Position numbers and translations under genes: made by a program
The notes under the pieces: model-generated
Databases searched by the model: none
Seen by the model: only the letters and a program-made list of their open reading frames with translations
Told to the model about the DNA's origin: nothing
Shown: one piece after another, positions 1 through 8,006 of the stretch
Numbering within the stretch: the first letter of the stretch is position 1
Layout: each line of letters starts with the position of its first letter
Assembly (NCBI GenBank): GCA_046758365.1
Contig: JBHIAC010000114.1
Location: 1 to 11,057, forward strand
Origin: a bacterium
Lineage (GTDB): Bacteria > Zhuqueibacterota > Zhuqueibacteria > Oceanimicrobiales > Oceanimicrobiaceae
DNA length: 11,057 nt
Direction: 5' to 3'

Positions 1-1006
1 GGAAGTGTCCAGTTGCCATGATGAGATTGGATATAGAAGTGGTGCCAAGGATTGGCAGATTGTCCTGAGTATCCGGTCGCAACCCAGCCCAGACCTCCTG
101 AATATGGGCGGATTCCAAGGGGGGAACGATCTTTAAGGCGGCTTTTAGAAGTTGGTGAATCCCTTGGGCGGTGACCGCTTTATTATATCCAACATTCTCC
201 AGAGTGCTACCCACCAAGATGCGGCCATCGGGCCACGGTACCAAATAGCAACCCGTGGAGTGAATGAGATGACGAAGTGGCTGCGGCTGTTTTTCGACGC
301 ACACCATCTGACCTCGAATCGGTCGGATGGGCAATGGAATTCGGTTAGTCGGATCTACCAGTCCTGCCCAGCAGCCGGCCGCGTTAATGAAAATGTCACC
401 GTTGAGCACGCTCCCAGGGATTTTGACACCAACTACACTGGCCTTTCTATAGTCAAACCCGATGACGGGTGTTCCTGTTAGGAACTCGACGCCTCGCCTG
501 GCTGCTGAGGCCACTAACGTTTTTATGAGTCTACGGTTATCCACATAGTGATCTTCAGGCAGATAAACCCCTACTTCAATGGTCTTGTCCAAGGCTGGTT
601 CCAGTTCCTTCAACTGGTTGGCTGATAGTTCTTCAGCTTGCATGCCAGCCTTCCGTTGTCGCTCCAGTAGGCCCGCCAGTGTCATTGCTTCTTTGAAGTC
701 TGTAGCTACAAAGATACTGCCACTGTTTTGGTAGCCAATTTTAATGCCGGTCTCTTCTTCCAACTCAGCTACAAAGTTAGGATACAAGGCATGGCTGGCA
801 ACACATAGTTCAGATAATGAACTATGGAGTCCATGCGCCGCTTCCGCTTGAGGGGCCAGCATCCCTGCCGCTGCGCTCGAGGCTTCTTCCCCCGATTGTC
901 CTTTTTCAATCACGGTAACTCGAAGCCCTTCCTGGGCAAGTCGGTAAGCAATCGAGCAGCCAATAATTCCGGCGCCTATAATGATGACATCACTTGAAGA
1001 TTTCAT
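1..1006 (-). CDS. thiO: Glycine oxidase ThiO (FAD-dependent, DAO family), 3' end truncated by window edge
   Basis: Manual translation of the reverse strand from ATG at 1006: MKSSSDVIIIGAGIIGCSIAYRLAQEGLRVTVIEKGQSGEEASSAAAGMLAPQAE (GxGxxG Rossmann motif plus the ThiO-typical ASxAAAGMLAP) ... PIRGQM ... CYLVPWPDGRILVGST ... VWAGLRPDTQDNLPILG ... ATGHF. Open for 335 codons to the window edge. Not in the ORF track because the stop lies outside the window. Confidence 0.88.
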   Translation of the reverse strand, partial: MKSSSDVIIIGAGIIGCSIAYRLAQEGLRVTVIEKGQSGEEASSAAAGMLAPQAEAAHGLHSSLSELCVASHALYPNFVAELEEETGIKIGYQNSGSIFVATDFKEAMTLAGLLERQRKAGMQAEELSANQLKELEPALDKTIEVGVYLPEDHYVDNRRLIKTLVASAARRGVEFLTGTPVIGFDYRKASVVGVKIPGSVLNGDIFINAAGCWAGLVDPTNRIPLPIRPIRGQMVCVEKQPQPLRHLIHSTGCYLVPWPDGRILVGSTLENVGYNKAVTAQGIHQLLKAALKIVPPLESAHIQEVWAGLRPDTQDNLPILGTTSISNLIMATGHF

Positions 1007-1198
1007 CTTACTTTGCCTAATTATTGTTCCTTAGCGCACCATATAGAAAAATAGTTTGTTATTTTAATAAAAGAATACCCATATTAATACAAAAAAACAA
1101 GCTTTTTTAAATTTATGTAAATGGATGATAGTTAACTGCTTATTTATTAAACAATGTCATCTAAAACACAACCAATTTAAGCTTTTCAATAAAAATTC

Positions 1199-1227
1199 TT
1201 GAAAATTGACAAATTTGTTATTACTTT
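1199..1227 (+). promoter_or_regulatory. Putative sigma70-type promoter for the histidine kinase/regulator operon
   Basis: TTGAAA (1199-1204), 17-nt spacer, TACTTT (1222-1227), ~55 nt upstream of ATG 1283. A perfect TTGACA (1206-1211) also occurs but has no well-spaced -10. The AT-rich background lowers specificity. Confidence 0.35.
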
Positions 1228-1282
1228 ATTAGTAAATAAATTGTTCGTATGAACTATTATTGATATAAAATTAAAAGCTAAA

Positions 1283-2770
1283 ATGACTATTTCTAAAATA
1301 GATAAATTACAGTTAGAGCACCGCCTTCATCTGTTTTACAATGCCTTCCAGTTTTCCACAGATGCCATACTGATTACTGACTTGAATGGAACAATCATTG
1401 AAGTAAATAAGGCCTTTACTGATTTGTTTGGTTGGGGCCGAGAAGAAGTCATTGGGAAAAATACCAGCATTATTCGATCTAGTAAGACCAGTAATGAAGT
1501 TATTCAAGAAATGTGGGACTCTATTAATAATAGAGGGGAGTGGAAAGGCGAAATAATAAACAAACGAAAAGACGGTACTGAAATTATAATTCTTCTTTCT
1601 ATTACACCTGTCTATTATGACGGCAAAAAGATTGGCTATATGGGGATTGAAATTGATATTTCGGAAAAAAAGAAAATAGAAAATCAACTTTTACAAGAGA
1701 AGGAATTTACCGAATCTCTAATTGAAACGGCTAATAGTCTTATCATTGGGATAAATTTAGTAGGAGAAATTATTTTATTCAATAGGAAATGTGAAGAGGT
1801 GACGGGTTATGAAAAAAAAGAAGTTCTCGGTAAAAATTGGTTTGAATTGTTTCTTCCAGAACGTTGGAGACCAAACGTAATTGAGGTATTTGATTCCATC
1901 ATTGAAAACAAATTAACTTTTCAGTACGAAAATCCAATCTTAACAAAAAACGGGGAGGAAAGACTCATTGCTTGGTCCAATACAGTCATTAAGAATGAGA
2001 AGCATGAAATTACCGCTGCCTTGGGTATAGGACAAGACATTACAGAACAGAAGATTTTGGAAAAGCAAGTTCTTCAGGCAGAGCGTTTGGCTACTATTGG
2101 CAAAATGGCGGCTAAAGTTGCTCATGAAATTCGAAACCCACTTTCTTCAATCAGTTTAAATGCCGAACTTTTAGAAGACGAACTTAAAAGTTATCATTCT
2201 GTGAATATTGAAGAAGCCAAAGCATTATTAAAATCTATTATGTCGGAAGTTGAACGGGTGACTTCTTTGACCGAAGAATATTTACAGTTCTCCCGTCTCC
2301 CAGAATCTCGACCAGTCAAAGGCCAGATAGAAAGTATCTTAGAGGAAATGATGGAAATGTTGCGTCATGAATTAAATCAAAAGAAAATAGAAGTTGAATG
2401 CAATGTGAAAAATAGAATTTCAGGGATTCGGTTTGATCGAGTTCAAATTCGAAGAGCTCTTTTAAATATTATTAGAAATGCCATTGAAGCTATGCCTAAA
2501 GGTGGGAAATTGAGAATATGGACCGAGAAGAGAAATCAAAGGGCCAATATTATTATAGAGGACACCGGTGTTGGGATTCCATACGATGAAATAGAGAATA
2601 TTTTTGATCCGTTTTTTACGACCAAAGAATTTGGTACTGGTCTTGGATTAGCGATTTCTCAGCAAATTGTCCACGAACATGGAGGTCAAATTTATTGCAA
2701 TAGTAAAGTTGGTCAAGGTACTAATTTCACTATCGTACTTCCATTGGCCGAAACTAAGAGAGGAAATTAA
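1283..2770 (+). CDS. Cytoplasmic PAS-PAS sensor histidine kinase (NtrB/AtoS-like HisKA + HATPase_c)
   Basis: Two PAS/PAC domains ([19 protein letters not shown]...W...[12 protein letters not shown]...[19 protein letters not shown]...TKNGEER...GQDIT), H-box [10 protein letters not shown]-box [12 protein letters not shown]1 DTGVGI, F-box FDPFFTTK, G2 GTGLGL. No hydrophobic transmembrane segment. Confidence 0.95.
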   Translation: MTISKIDKLQLEHRLHLFYNAFQFSTDAILITDLNGTIIEVNKAFTDLFGWGREEVIGKNTSIIRSSKTSNEVIQEMWDSINNRGEWKGEIINKRKDGTEIIILLSITPVYYDGKKIGYMGIEIDISEKKKIENQLLQEKEFTESLIETANSLIIGINLVGEIILFNRKCEEVTGYEKKEVLGKNWFELFLPERWRPNVIEVFDSIIENKLTFQYENPILTKNGEERLIAWSNTVIKNEKHEITAALGIGQDITEQKILEKQVLQAERLATIGKMAAKVAHEIRNPLSSISLNAELLEDELKSYHSVNIEEAKALLKSIMSEVERVTSLTEEYLQFSRLPESRPVKGQIESILEEMMEMLRHELNQKKIEVECNVKNRISGIRFDRVQIRRALLNIIRNAIEAMPKGGKLRIWTEKRNQRANIIIEDTGVGIPYDEIENIFDPFFTTKEFGTGLGLAISQQIVHEHGGQIYCNSKVGQGTNFTIVLPLAETKRGN

Positions 2771-2771
2771 G

Positions 2772-4130
2772 TTGCAAACTAAATCAATATTAATAGTGGA
2801 TGACGAAGCCAGCGTTCGGGAATCTTTAGAAAAGGTATTGAGCAAAGCTGGATATGTCACCAGAACAGCAAGTTCAGGATATAAAGCTTTTGCTCTACTT
2901 TCCAAGGAAACCGTTGATATTGTCTTATCTGATTTAAAGATGCCCGATGGAGACGGTATCGAATTGCTGAAAAATATTAAGAAAAAATATGCAGATATCG
3001 AGGTTATTCTGCTCACGGGGTATGGTACTATCGAAGCCGCAGTGGAAGCCATGAAAGAGGGGGCGTATGATTTTATTACCAAACCATTTAAAAAAGCGGT
3101 TATTATAAGTACAGTAGAAAGGGCTATTGAAAGACAAAATTTGACCCAGGAAAACAAATATTTAAAAGCCCAGTTAGGGAAAGCCCCAGTTTCAGAGGTG
3201 ATTATTGGCACAAGTCGAGCTATTGCGGAGGTGTTGGAGTTAGTTGAACGGGTCGCACCTTTAGTTTCGACAGTATTGATTTTTGGAGAAAGTGGAACAG
3301 GAAAGGAACTCATAGCCCGGGCCATTCATTGCAAAAGCCACCGCTCTAATAAAAGATTTGTTCCGATCAACTGTGCTGCTATACCTGAACATCTTATTGA
3401 AACTGAACTGTTTGGACATGTTAAAGGGGCCTTTACTGGAGCGATGAGAGATAAACAAGGTTTATTTAAAGTAGCCATTGGAGGAACGCTGTTTTTAGAT
3501 GAAATTTCCAGTGTTCCGTTAAATTTACAAGTTAAACTTTTGAGAGCCATCGAACATAAGGAAATCATGCCTGTGGGCAGCACAAACCCCGAAATCATTG
3601 ATGTTCGTATTATTGCTGCGACTAATAGAAACTTAGCCGATGAAGTTGAAAAAGGAAATTTTAGAGAAGATTTATATTATCGATTAAATGTGGTTGGTAT
3701 TACCATTCCACCATTAAGAGAAAGAGCAGAGGATATCCCCGAATTGGTTGACCACTTTATCAAGTTTTATAATGTACAATTAAATAAACAAATTCAGGGT
3801 GTTGATGAAGAGGTATTGAATTTATTCATGGATTACCTCTGGAAAGGAAATGTTCGAGAATTAGAGAATGTGATTGAACGAGCCATGATTTTGTGCGATG
3901 AAGATATTTTGAAATTAGCGCATTTTCCTCAGTTTTACTCTCAAAAATCCTCTTCTGAAGATATAAAAGGCGGTTTGAAGGATTCTTTGAGAAAGTTTGA
4001 ACGGGATTCGATTCTTAAGGCTTTAAAGATGTCTGATTACGATAAAATCAAAGCTGCGGAGATATTGGGGATGAGTCAGTCTACACTGTACCGGAAGATG
4101 GCGGAGCTTAGTATATCAAGCAAGGATTGA
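2772..4130 (+). CDS. Sigma54-dependent response regulator (REC-AAA+-HTH, NtrC/AtoC/ZraR family)
   Basis: Receiver ILIVDD...VLSDLKMP...LLTGYG...FITKPF; Walker A GESGTGKE; GAFTGA; Walker B LFLDEI; FREDLYYRLNV; WKGNVRELEN; Fis-type HTH AAEILGMSQSTLYRKM. Start moved from 2667 to the in-frame TTG at 2772, 1 nt after the kinase stop and preceded by GAGAGGA; 452 aa. Confidence 0.93.
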   Translation: MQTKSILIVDDEASVRESLEKVLSKAGYVTRTASSGYKAFALLSKETVDIVLSDLKMPDGDGIELLKNIKKKYADIEVILLTGYGTIEAAVEAMKEGAYDFITKPFKKAVIISTVERAIERQNLTQENKYLKAQLGKAPVSEVIIGTSRAIAEVLELVERVAPLVSTVLIFGESGTGKELIARAIHCKSHRSNKRFVPINCAAIPEHLIETELFGHVKGAFTGAMRDKQGLFKVAIGGTLFLDEISSVPLNLQVKLLRAIEHKEIMPVGSTNPEIIDVRIIAATNRNLADEVEKGNFREDLYYRLNVVGITIPPLRERAEDIPELVDHFIKFYNVQLNKQIQGVDEEVLNLFMDYLWKGNVRELENVIERAMILCDEDILKLAHFPQFYSQKSSSEDIKGGLKDSLRKFERDSILKALKMSDYDKIKAAEILGMSQSTLYRKMAELSISSKD

Positions 4131-4179
4131 ATTAAATATATTAAGATTGAAAATAATATTTTTAGATTTCATAACAAAA

Positions 4180-4217
4180 TTCTTAAAAATAAGAAATTAT
4201 TTTACCGAAATTAAGAA
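4180..4217. promoter_or_regulatory. Tandem palindromic operator / candidate enhancer (UAS) for a sigma54 activator
   Basis: Perfect TTCTTA-AAAA-TAAGAA at 4180-4195 and degenerate TTACCG-AAAT-TAAGAA at 4202-4217 (22-bp offset), 110-150 bp upstream of a -24/-12-like element. The same palindrome recurs at 9074-9089. Confidence 0.55.
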
Positions 4218-4326
4218 AATTGCGTAAGGAAGATTATACATATTCTAAAGAAAAAGGAAGCATTAAGTACTTTTTTTATAGTCGTTTGTATTTGCACAAA
4301 TGGCTTTTTTATTTTACAGCATTGTA

Positions 4327-4341
4327 TGGCATAATTTTTGA
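4327..4341 (+). promoter_or_regulatory. Putative sigma54 (-24/-12) promoter for the receiver/oxidoreductase operon
   Basis: TGGCAT-AATTT-TTGA matches TGGCAC-N5-TTGC with correct GG-N10-G spacing, but has A instead of C at -12. It lies downstream of a sigma54 activator gene and of tandem palindromes. Confidence 0.55.
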
Positions 4342-4524
4342 CTTTTTAAAATAAAATTCATGACGTAGGTGCAAAAAAGTAGGAAGTTAAAAATTAAGTT
4401 GTAAAGGTTTTTGGATAGAGCCCGTAGGATACTTAACCAGCGGGATAGAAACCCCACCTCCTAAATAAAGTAGTTATGAAGCACCGATGTCATTCATATT
4501 TTCAGTTATTTTGGTGACAAATAA

Positions 4525-4908
4525 TTGAAATTCCCTAATTTCAAAAGAGCTCTTATTGTTGACAATGATGAGGCATTCAGTCGGTCTTTGAGCAAGATAC
4601 TTCAAAAGGCTGGATATGAGGTAAATGCAGCCGTTGATGTAAAACAAGCCATTGTATTGCTGTTCAAAGAGTATTACCCTCTCATTCTGTTAGATCTAAA
4701 AATGCCTGGAAAATCTGGCTTGGACTTGTTGCGGGAGATTACAGAAAAGACACCTGAATCAAAAGTGATTATCGTCACGGCTTATGGTGAATTAGCCAGC
4801 TATCGTGAAGCCATGGATGCAGGTGCCTTCTCTTATCTAATTAAGCCAGTTAAGCGGAAAGAGATTCTTGAAAATGCAAATCGAGCTTGGGAGAGCCTCC
4901 AGAAATAA
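4525..4908 (+). CDS. Single-domain response regulator (stand-alone receiver)
   Basis: ALIVDND...ILLDLKMPGKSG (phospho-Asp)...IIVTAYG...YLIKPV; no output domain; TTG start preceded by GGTGA; in-frame TAA immediately upstream; 127 aa. Confidence 0.88.
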   Translation: MKFPNFKRALIVDNDEAFSRSLSKILQKAGYEVNAAVDVKQAIVLLFKEYYPLILLDLKMPGKSGLDLLREITEKTPESKVIIVTAYGELASYREAMDAGAFSYLIKPVKRKEILENANRAWESLQK

Positions 4909-5021
4909 TTGGATTCTTCCATTTCTCAATAATAGGCCGCTTAGAATAAATAAATGGTTTTTGGTTTTATGGCATATTTTTTAGGCGAGAATGGGCAGCT
5001 AGTAAATAAGGAGAATAAGTT

Positions 5022-5387
5022 ATGATAAAACAAAAGTTTTACAATCGCTTAAACCGTTCGGACAAATCAATGGTGCTGCCAGTGTTGACAAGTCTTGAGG
5101 CTGAATCAATGACCAACCATGAGACAAGCAAGGTTGATAATCGTGTTCGGAAAAAATCTCGAGGGCGGGTTGAGATTGTTGCAAATTTATGCAAAGGATG
5201 TTTGTTGTGCCTTGAGGTATGTCCTCCAAATGTCTTAAAAGAGTCTCAGGACTTGAATAAAATGGGCTATCACCCAGTGGAATATTTAGGAGAAGGGTGT
5301 ACAGGTTGTGGTATTTGCTTTTATATCTGCCCAGAGCCAGGCACAATTAAAGTTTATAAACGCATCCAAGCAAATGAACAAATTTAG
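5022..5387 (+). CDS. 2x[4Fe-4S] ferredoxin, delta-type subunit of 2-oxoacid:ferredoxin oxidoreductase
   Basis: Two CxxCxxCxxxCP motifs ([24 protein letters not shown]) with the LNxxGYHP linker typical of OFOR delta subunits. AAGGAG RBS 8 nt before ATG 5022; an alternative start is ATG 5109. Confidence 0.9.
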   Translation: MIKQKFYNRLNRSDKSMVLPVLTSLEAESMTNHETSKVDNRVRKKSRGRVEIVANLCKGCLLCLEVCPPNVLKESQDLNKMGYHPVEYLGEGCTGCGICFYICPEPGTIKVYKRIQANEQI

Positions 5388-5400
5388 TGGAGTAGGAGCT

Positions 5401-6477
5401 ATGTCTCGATTATTTGTCAAAGGTAATGAGGCGGTTATCAAAGGCGCTATTCTGGCAGGTTGCCGGGCTTTTTATGGCTATCCTATTACCCCAGCCAGTG
5501 AAATAGCTGAAGCAGCCGCATACTTTTTCCCGCAAGTAGGTGGAACATTTTTGCAAGCAGAAAGTGAGATTGCTTCCATCAATATGGTTTATGGGGCAGC
5601 ATCGACAGGCCAAAGAGTTATGACGGCATCTTCAAGTCCCGGTATAAGTCTAAAGCAGGAAGGCATCTCTTATGCCGCTGGTTCAGAGCTTCCGTTGGTT
5701 GTGGTGGATATTATGCGTGGTGGTCCCGGCTTAGGGAATATTGCACCCGAGCAGGCAGATTATAATCAAATTGTTAAAGGCGGAGGTCATGGCAATTATA
5801 AGGTCATTGTGTTTGCGCCTAATTGCGCTCAAGAGATGTGCGACTTGACCATGCTGGCTTTTGAACTGGCCGATAAATACCGCAACCCAATGGTGGTTTT
5901 GGCTGATGGTTTTGTTGGACAAATGATGGAACCCGTTGAGCTGCCTGAACCTATTACCAAACTGCCTGTAAAACCCTGGGCTATAGACGGAACTGCAAAA
6001 ACCAGTGGGAATCTATTTACGTCTATATATATGGATCCCACGGAATTAGAGGAGCACAATCGAAAACTTCAAGAAAAATATAAAAGAATTGAAGCTGCAG
6101 AAGTCCGCTACGAAGAATTTCATACAAAGGATGCCGAGGTAATTATGATGGGGTACGGAATTGTTTCCCGCATTCTCCAAACGGTGGTGGAGGAAGCCCG
6201 GTCTCAAGGATTGTCAGTAGGCTTGCTGCGGCCCATAACTTTGTGGCCTTTCCCTAAGCAAAAAATTCAAGAATTATCAAAAACAGCTAAACTATTTTTT
6301 GTTTCGGAATTGAGCAACGGGCAAATGGTGGATGATGTTCGGTTGGCTCTGGAAGGGAAGCGACCTACAAAATTTTATGGTCGCATGGGTGGCTCAGTGC
6401 CAACAACACAAGAACTTTTACAAAAGCTAAAAGAAATTTTTATAGTTAAGCAAAGCCGAAGAAGTACAGTTAAATAG
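5401..6477 (+). CDS. vorB: 2-oxoacid:ferredoxin oxidoreductase alpha subunit (2-ketoisovalerate oxidoreductase VorB-like)
   Basis: KGNEAV...[10 protein letters not shown]...QAESEIAS...[14 protein letters not shown]...[16 protein letters not shown]...KGGGHG...[10 protein letters not shown]...ELSNGQM. Start set at ATG 5401 (RBS GGAGTAGGAG), not the ORF-track start 5308, which overlaps the ferredoxin; 358 aa. Confidence 0.9.
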   Translation: MSRLFVKGNEAVIKGAILAGCRAFYGYPITPASEIAEAAAYFFPQVGGTFLQAESEIASINMVYGAASTGQRVMTASSSPGISLKQEGISYAAGSELPLVVVDIMRGGPGLGNIAPEQADYNQIVKGGGHGNYKVIVFAPNCAQEMCDLTMLAFELADKYRNPMVVLADGFVGQMMEPVELPEPITKLPVKPWAIDGTAKTSGNLFTSIYMDPTELEEHNRKLQEKYKRIEAAEVRYEEFHTKDAEVIMMGYGIVSRILQTVVEEARSQGLSVGLLRPITLWPFPKQKIQELSKTAKLFFVSELSNGQMVDDVRLALEGKRPTKFYGRMGGSVPTTQELLQKLKEIFIVKQSRRSTVK

Positions 6478-6517
6478 TCTTTAATCGTAACCAAGTTTAA
6501 CCAAAAAAGAGAAAGCT

Positions 6518-7990
6518 ATGGCAAAAGAAATTTTACAAAAACCGGAATCGTTCTTTGATGATTTTTACCGCAAGCCAGGTGGGGACCCATATACTACTCA
6601 CTACTGCCCAGGTTGTGGCCATGGGGTCATTCATAAGGTGATTGCTGAAGCTATGGATGACTTTGGTATTCGTGAACGAACCATTTTTATTAGTCCTGTG
6701 GGATGTTCTGTGTTTGGCTATTACTATTTTAATTGCGGAAATGTTCAAGCGGCCCATGGTAGGGCACCTGCGGTAGCAACAGGAATTAAACGGGCGCTTC
6801 CCAATTCTATTGTAATAAGCTATCAAGGTGATGGGGATTTAGCAGCCATCGGGGGCAACAACATATTACAGGCGGCTAACCGCGGCGAAAATATCACTGT
6901 CATCTTCGTTAATAATGCCATCTATGGCATGACAGGATCACAAATGGCGCCCACCACCTTGATTGGTCAAAAAACCACCACAACACCCTGGGGACGCACA
7001 GTAGAGAACGAAGGTTATCCCTTGCGTGTGAGTGAGCTTTTAGCCACTCTGGAAACACCCGTTTATATAGAACGTGTGGCTATCACTGACGCTAAACACG
7101 TGATGCAAGCCCGCAAGGCCATTAGAAAGGCAATTCAAAACCAGATGGAAGGGCGAGGATTTTCCTTGGTAGAAGCTTTATCTCCATGTCCGATCGGCTG
7201 GAAAATGACCCCTTCGGATGCTAAGAAATGGATAACCGAAGTCATGACCAATTATTTTAAGTTGAGCGTTATGAAAGATAAAAACGATGCTTTAAAGAAA
7301 GAAGATTATATAAACTCTAAATTTGAAAAGAAAATTAAACCGACAGAAGAGGAAATACTATCCTTAATGGGAGCTACGAAAGAGGGAGACCTTCAAAAAT
7401 TTAACCGACCGGTGGTAGAGGACAATTACAAAAATCCAAGGATCAAAATTGCAGGTTTTGGCGGTCAAGGTATACTTTTGTTTGGGCAACTTATGGCTGA
7501 AAGCGCCATGCTTTTGGACTACTTTTCGACCTGGCTGCCTTCTTATGGCCCTGAAATGCGCGGCGGCACTGCCAATTGTCATGTCATTATTTCTGACAAA
7601 CGGATCGGTTCGCCGCTGGTGGCAGAATCAGATGTGTTGATTGCAATGAATTTGCCGTCCATAGACCGGTTTGAAAAAGATGTTCGAGAAAAAGGGGTTA
7701 TATTTGTGAACAGTTCACTTATAAAGCGCAGCGTCCAACGCCAAGATGTGGAAGCGGTTTATGTTCCAGCCACGCAACTGGCAGATGAATTGGGTGAAAC
7801 TAAAGTTGCTAACATGGTCATGTTAGGGGCTTTTCTAGGTTACACCGGAATCTTATCTCTGGAAAGCGTACTGTCTGCTGCTCAGACGGTGGTTAAGAGG
7901 AAAGGGTTTATGGTTTTAAACGAAAAAGCGCTCAAGAAGGGTAAAGAATATGCTAAGAGCAAAGAGAATATCATGGAGCTTGTATACTAA
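6518..7990 (+). CDS. vorA: 2-oxoacid:ferredoxin oxidoreductase fused beta (TPP-binding) + gamma subunit (VorA-like)
   Basis: Beta part: HYCPGCGH, PVGCS, HGRAPA, TPP motif QGDGDLAAIG...NNAIYGMT, SPCP. After a charged linker, gamma part: AGFGGQG, WLPSYGPEMRGG, ANMVMLGA. Symbol follows the Methanothermobacter nomenclature, in which VorA is a beta-gamma fusion. Confidence 0.88.
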   Translation: MAKEILQKPESFFDDFYRKPGGDPYTTHYCPGCGHGVIHKVIAEAMDDFGIRERTIFISPVGCSVFGYYYFNCGNVQAAHGRAPAVATGIKRALPNSIVISYQGDGDLAAIGGNNILQAANRGENITVIFVNNAIYGMTGSQMAPTTLIGQKTTTTPWGRTVENEGYPLRVSELLATLETPVYIERVAITDAKHVMQARKAIRKAIQNQMEGRGFSLVEALSPCPIGWKMTPSDAKKWITEVMTNYFKLSVMKDKNDALKKEDYINSKFEKKIKPTEEEILSLMGATKEGDLQKFNRPVVEDNYKNPRIKIAGFGGQGILLFGQLMAESAMLLDYFSTWLPSYGPEMRGGTANCHVIISDKRIGSPLVAESDVLIAMNLPSIDRFEKDVREKGVIFVNSSLIKRSVQRQDVEAVYVPATQLADELGETKVANMVMLGAFLGYTGILSLESVLSAAQTVVKRKGFMVLNEKALKKGKEYAKSKENIMELVY

Positions 7991-8006
7991 AAATTTAAGA
8001 TAAAAA

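Noticed and set aside
152..481. 109-aa plus-strand ORF
   Set aside because: Antisense shadow of thiO, which has clear family motifs; no motif of its own.
1056..1232. Rex-like half sites (TTGTTAT...) and a degenerate TTCTTG-N4-TTGACA copy of the palindrome in the thiO/kinase spacer
   Set aside because: Only one half-site matches in each case, and the region is so AT-rich that chance matches are expected.
2667..2771. ORF-track N-terminal extension of the first sigma54 regulator
   Set aside because: It overlaps the kinase C-terminus by ~100 nt; the receiver fold begins at TTG 2772, which has an RBS.
4314..4463. Minus-strand perfect SD (TAGGAGGTG) followed by a short open frame
   Set aside because: The only nearby start codon (GTG) overlaps the SD itself, with no properly spaced start; not supportable as a CDS.
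5308..5400. ORF-track N-terminal extension of vorB
   Set aside because: It overlaps the ferredoxin gene; ATG 5401 has a strong RBS and matches the family N-terminus.
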